The translations under genes and the position numbers were made by a program. A DNA stretch of 64,000 nucleotides from Takakia lepidozioides (lineage: Eukaryota; Plantae; Bryophyta): positions 25,048,001 to 25,112,000 of the forward strand of contig CM060732.1 in the NCBI GenBank assembly GCA_030704615.1. Direction: 5' to 3'. The notes below the pieces were generated by a model, which saw only the letters and a list, made by a program, of their open reading frames with translations, did not search any database and was not told the DNA's origin. Positions 60,343-64,000 of this stretch are shown in pieces. Position 1 is the first letter of the stretch. Every line of letters starts with the position of its first letter.

Positions 60343-61770
60343 GCTTAAGTCCATATATTGACTTGTGTAGACGACAAACTTTGTGTGGAGCAGAAGGGTC
60401 TATGAATCATGGAGCTTGGTCCATGTAAATCTCCTCATTGACTTTGCCATAGAGGAATGCAGTCTTGACATCGAATTGCACCATGTGCATATCCTCTACG
60501 GCAGCAATTGCTAAAATAGCACGGATGGAATCAAAACGTACCACTGGTGCAAATGTTTCATGGTAGTCGATTCCCTCTCGCTGTGTATAAAGCCTTTAGC
60601 CACAACTCTCGCTTTGAATCGATCGATTGTGCCATCAGACTTCAATTTCAACTTATACACCATTTGCAATTTACAGCATGGCATCCTGGTGGCAAATCTA
60701 TCAATGTCCACGTTTCATTCTTAATCAAAGAATCGAACTCATCGGTCTTGGCCATTTGCCACTATGCAACGTGCATAGATTGTGTGGCCTGATGGTATGT
60801 CTATGGTTCATCTGGCATCTCAATGGATTCAGCAGCAAATGCACTTGGAGCCTTGATTAGGATAGATCCATCCTTTAAGAATGCTTCAGACTGCATTTAA
60901 TTTGGATCAGATCTGCAAAAGTTGTACCCAAAAATCTTGAACTGCGCGACCCAAAACTTATCGTTAAGGGTTAAGTGTTACATTCTATAAATGTTTGTGT
61001 GCTACATTAACCCCTTCCTAACTTGTTAATGTGTTAATCTTGTCTAAATGTTATTGTTTTTCTACTCCCGACTGTTAACATTTATCCAGGGCAGACTGTA
61101 CCAAACTTAATATATAGATGAGCATGTGACACATAAATACTACCACTATCATGACAGATTGTCCAACAGCTAATCTTTGTATACAAATAACCAAATCATT
61201 TAAAAAACACATGTTATTCAATGACAACAGATGAAACCTAGCTCATACTAGAGCTTCTCTGTGCACTGTATCCCTGCCAACTCACTCTGCATCCTACTCC
61301 CTTGACTTCACCAGTGAAGACTGATCAAAACTCCTTTGAACTGCATCATCTACACATTGCAAAATGTGCTTCCTGAACAGAAGGCTCTTTGGTCTCTCGT
61401 CTTTCGTAGCTCAAGTGACTTTATGTTGCCTTAGACATGGCCATTCAAATGACTGCAATCTTGAGTAGTATAAATCAGATAGAGGGCACAACAAGGGAGT
61501 TCCCACTTCCCTGATAGGAGGCCGGGTGTGAATGTGGAATACATTTCAGGTACACCATACACCTCCCAATTTGCTCGACGGAGCCCTTTTAGGGGGGTAA
61601 CAAATTTGTGTCTCTAACCCCTGCTGGTGGCCTCACTTAAGAATGATTCTCTCTGGACTATCGGCAGGATTGCACTGCATACAAGGAAATAAAGCATGAT
61701 TGCTCGCATGTATCCTACCAATGACTGACGTTACTATGAAACGAATCTACAAAATGATGATAGTTGTTGC

Positions 61771-62394
61771 TTACTCCAGATTCTCCATCCGAGTGAGTGC
61801 TATGTGTCGATGTCTTTGGGCTTCTGGGGTGCTACTGGCCTTAAGAACTGGGGAGTCACTTGACGCCGTATCTCCTTGAGACTGGTCAAGGGACATGGGG
61901 GGCGGTGCATGTACATCGGTGTTTGAAGTTCCCTTTGACACCATTCGGGACTGTACATCTTTGGCTTGCTGCACTTTGTACATGTCTCGATACACTTTGC
62001 GAGTGCGAGCAACTAAACGGGTGAGTGCAAGACAGCCGACACCACAGACAGCCGCCATCACCAAGAAAGTGGACCTGAAGCACATCCCTGTTTTATTAGG
62101 AGTCTCATCTATCTTGGTAAACCTATCTGGAAGTCACAATATAATCTACGGTTTCAGCTGTCACTCTCTGTCCCTCCTTCAACTATTTCCTATCTTTTTT
62201 CACAAAGGGACAAGTGACAATACTGGCAAACATGACCAACTAACCTGAAACACTGGGGTCCCACGCACTTGTGAGGCCCAGTCAATGCTTGCCCAGCTGC
62301 TAATGCCACAGCTTGAGCAGCCACAACTTGTCCATCATATATGTAACCCGCAAGTTTTACTGAGAGCAGGTATGAGCCAACTGTCGCGGAGATG
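61771..62394 (-). CDS. Last two exons of a host nodulin-like / NFD4-type MFS transporter
   Basis: Exon 62245-62394 (GSYLLSVKLAGYIYD...CVGPQCF), GT-AG intron 62075-62244, exon 61771-62074 (RSTFLVMAAVC...RTRKVY...stop); the spliced frame is intact. Confidence 0.85.
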
Positions 62395-62536
62395 CTGCCA
62401 ACAAAAATACAACTCAACTCAGAACAACAAACCTGGATCAGGAACTTGCTGGCCTTAAAAGACACTTGGAGAAGCCACAGGGTTGGTGGAGAAAGACATA
62501 CTATACAGACCTTATAAACCAACAGACCGTACAACA

Positions 62537-62540
<4 letters not shown>

Positions 62541-62575
<35 letters not shown>
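62541..62575. repeat. (AG)n microsatellite, probably the LINE 3' tail
   Basis: About 17 AG units, about 35 bp past the LINE ORF2 stop. Confidence 0.9.
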
Positions 62576-62580
<5 letters not shown>

Positions 62581-64000
62581 TGTACTCATAAGACGTTGTT
62601 TACTGTAGCCTAGTGGCCATTGACCCCGCAACCAGTTTGAGCGGAACACAAAGGGACAGAACCTACCTTTGTCAGGGGCTGACGCCGGTAGTAAGACTTA
62701 CCTTGGAATAAACAATTGTTCCGGGTTTTCCAGATATCCTCTAGAAATCCCTCTACACAAGCGTCAAACTGCTGTGTGTGGTTTGCCCAATAACTGGGCT
62801 CAAAAAGGGCCTGGGCTTTTGGCTCAGCCTCGAGACTTTCAAAGTTGGTAAACAGAGGTACAGGCACAATTCCCTTGATAGATTTGAAGAGAGCATCTCT
62901 CTGGTGAGATAACCCCGGACAATGAATCAGAAAATGAATATTGTCTTCAGGTTGCCGGCACAACGGGCAATTGCACTCTCCCTTTCCTCTCTGCTTCTGT
63001 TTGCTGTTCAAAGGCAGGCTTCCCACCCTAAGTTTAAATTTCAGTCTAGTGCCGAGAGTGGGTAGACCCTTGAGGTCATCCAGGATGGCCTCCCCCATGT
63101 CACAGACTGGAAACAAGTTCAGGGAAGTTTTCTGCCTAACTTCATTTTCATCAGACAATTTCCTGGCAATAGACATGGCTTTGGACACAACAGCCTGTAA
63201 GTCAGATTTATCCAGCAGGGTCAAGACTTGCGGAGATCCTTGAGGATCTCTTCTACTCTCTTCCACCAGGAGTTAGCCTGTTTGACAGGGCGATCCTGTT
63301 TACAAGATATAGAGTCGATTAACTTAGGATATCTGATGTTGGACAAAGTTGCAGCTGACCCCACCACCTGACCTTGAATTCATCTTGTCAGGAGCTTAAG
63401 GCAGGGATGCCAAACTCACCCCGAACAGCCACATTGGCTGTTTTGGAGCAAGCTGATATGCACTCCTTCCGCACCCCTACTTGAACAGATTCTAGAGACT
63501 TGGCCTGGTTGGAGTTATCACCCCATATGGCAGATGCGTACTCCGAGGCAGGTCTAAAAATGCGACAAAGTATAGTTTTCTTGACCTCAGAGGTGATCCA
63601 TCTGTAGTGAAAAATTTAGTGAGACCCAGCGCTTTGCGCTTGCCAGTTTGAACAACTTTCTGAATATGTGCATCCTCATTACAGTTGGAGGAAAACTCAA
63701 CGCCAAGGTATGTGTAGGAAGGGAGGACTGGAATCTCTTGGCTTCCCACTGCCACTTGAGATCACCTCCTCCCTCTCCTCGGTCGTTGAATGCCACCACT
63801 GCACATTTACTGACATAAGCCTCTAGCCCCTAAAGGTCAAAGTATCTCTTCGCGCAATCAATCAACTCCTGGAGATTGGAAGGAGTCTCCCCTATGCCTG
63901 CGAAGTCATCCGCAAACATAAGGGCTGGTATGGTGGCATCACCCACCCTTAACCCAAATCCATCACTTTCCACATCCTCGAGGAGTTGATTGATGAGAAC
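62576..64000 (-). mobile_element. Non-LTR retrotransposon ORF2 3' part (RTEX-like) in the host intron
   Basis: LMFADDF and YTYLGV (RT); C-terminal KLRVGSLPL...CPLC...EDNIHFLIHCP. It is frameshifted and continues beyond the window; the clade is tentative. Confidence 0.85.

Larger units (their letters stand above)
49968..60860 (-). mobile_element. Ty1/copia element (RT, RNase H, 3' LTR) carrying nested insertions
   Basis: RT KARVVAKGF, LHKSIYGLKQ, FVDDGL and RILKYLKGT; RNase H AYCDADY...TEAEY; PPT GAGTGGGAG; probable 3' LTR at 49968-50428. Confidence 0.85.

Overview
This is eukaryotic, intron-containing DNA, most likely from a non-seed land plant such as a bryophyte (inferred from Tcn1-like, Phygy-like and RTEX-like elements). 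It is almost entirely nested transposons, and it ends in the 3' exons of a host nodulin-like (NFD4-type) MFS transporter gene with a LINE in the preceding intron. A CACTA transposase gene (about 5.6-43.4 kb) has been split by two related Mutator-like elements (6471-19625 and 34727-42043, each with a 10-bp TSD and short TIRs) and by a Ty3/gypsy element (20076-33870) that holds an inverted copy of its own family. The main finding is the Mutator-like family. Besides a GCM-like/DDE/SWIM transposase, it carries a divergently transcribed, spliced cargo gene with a ParB/Srx-like domain (VWDGNHR) and a beta-class N4C/N6A DNA-methyltransferase fold (DIPD...DLTCGTG...FEPD). It also carries arrays of about 20 long GGCGCC-centred palindromes whose flanks differ between the two elements. 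This is a candidate transposon-encoded, sequence-specific DNA modification or anti-silencing system; the function is inferred, not shown. Also present are a putatively self-priming chromovirus, a gypsy element with a degenerate dUTPase and an extra 5' ORF, a copia>hAT>gypsy nest and a 4-kb complex satellite. All calls come from reading motifs by eye; no database searches were run.
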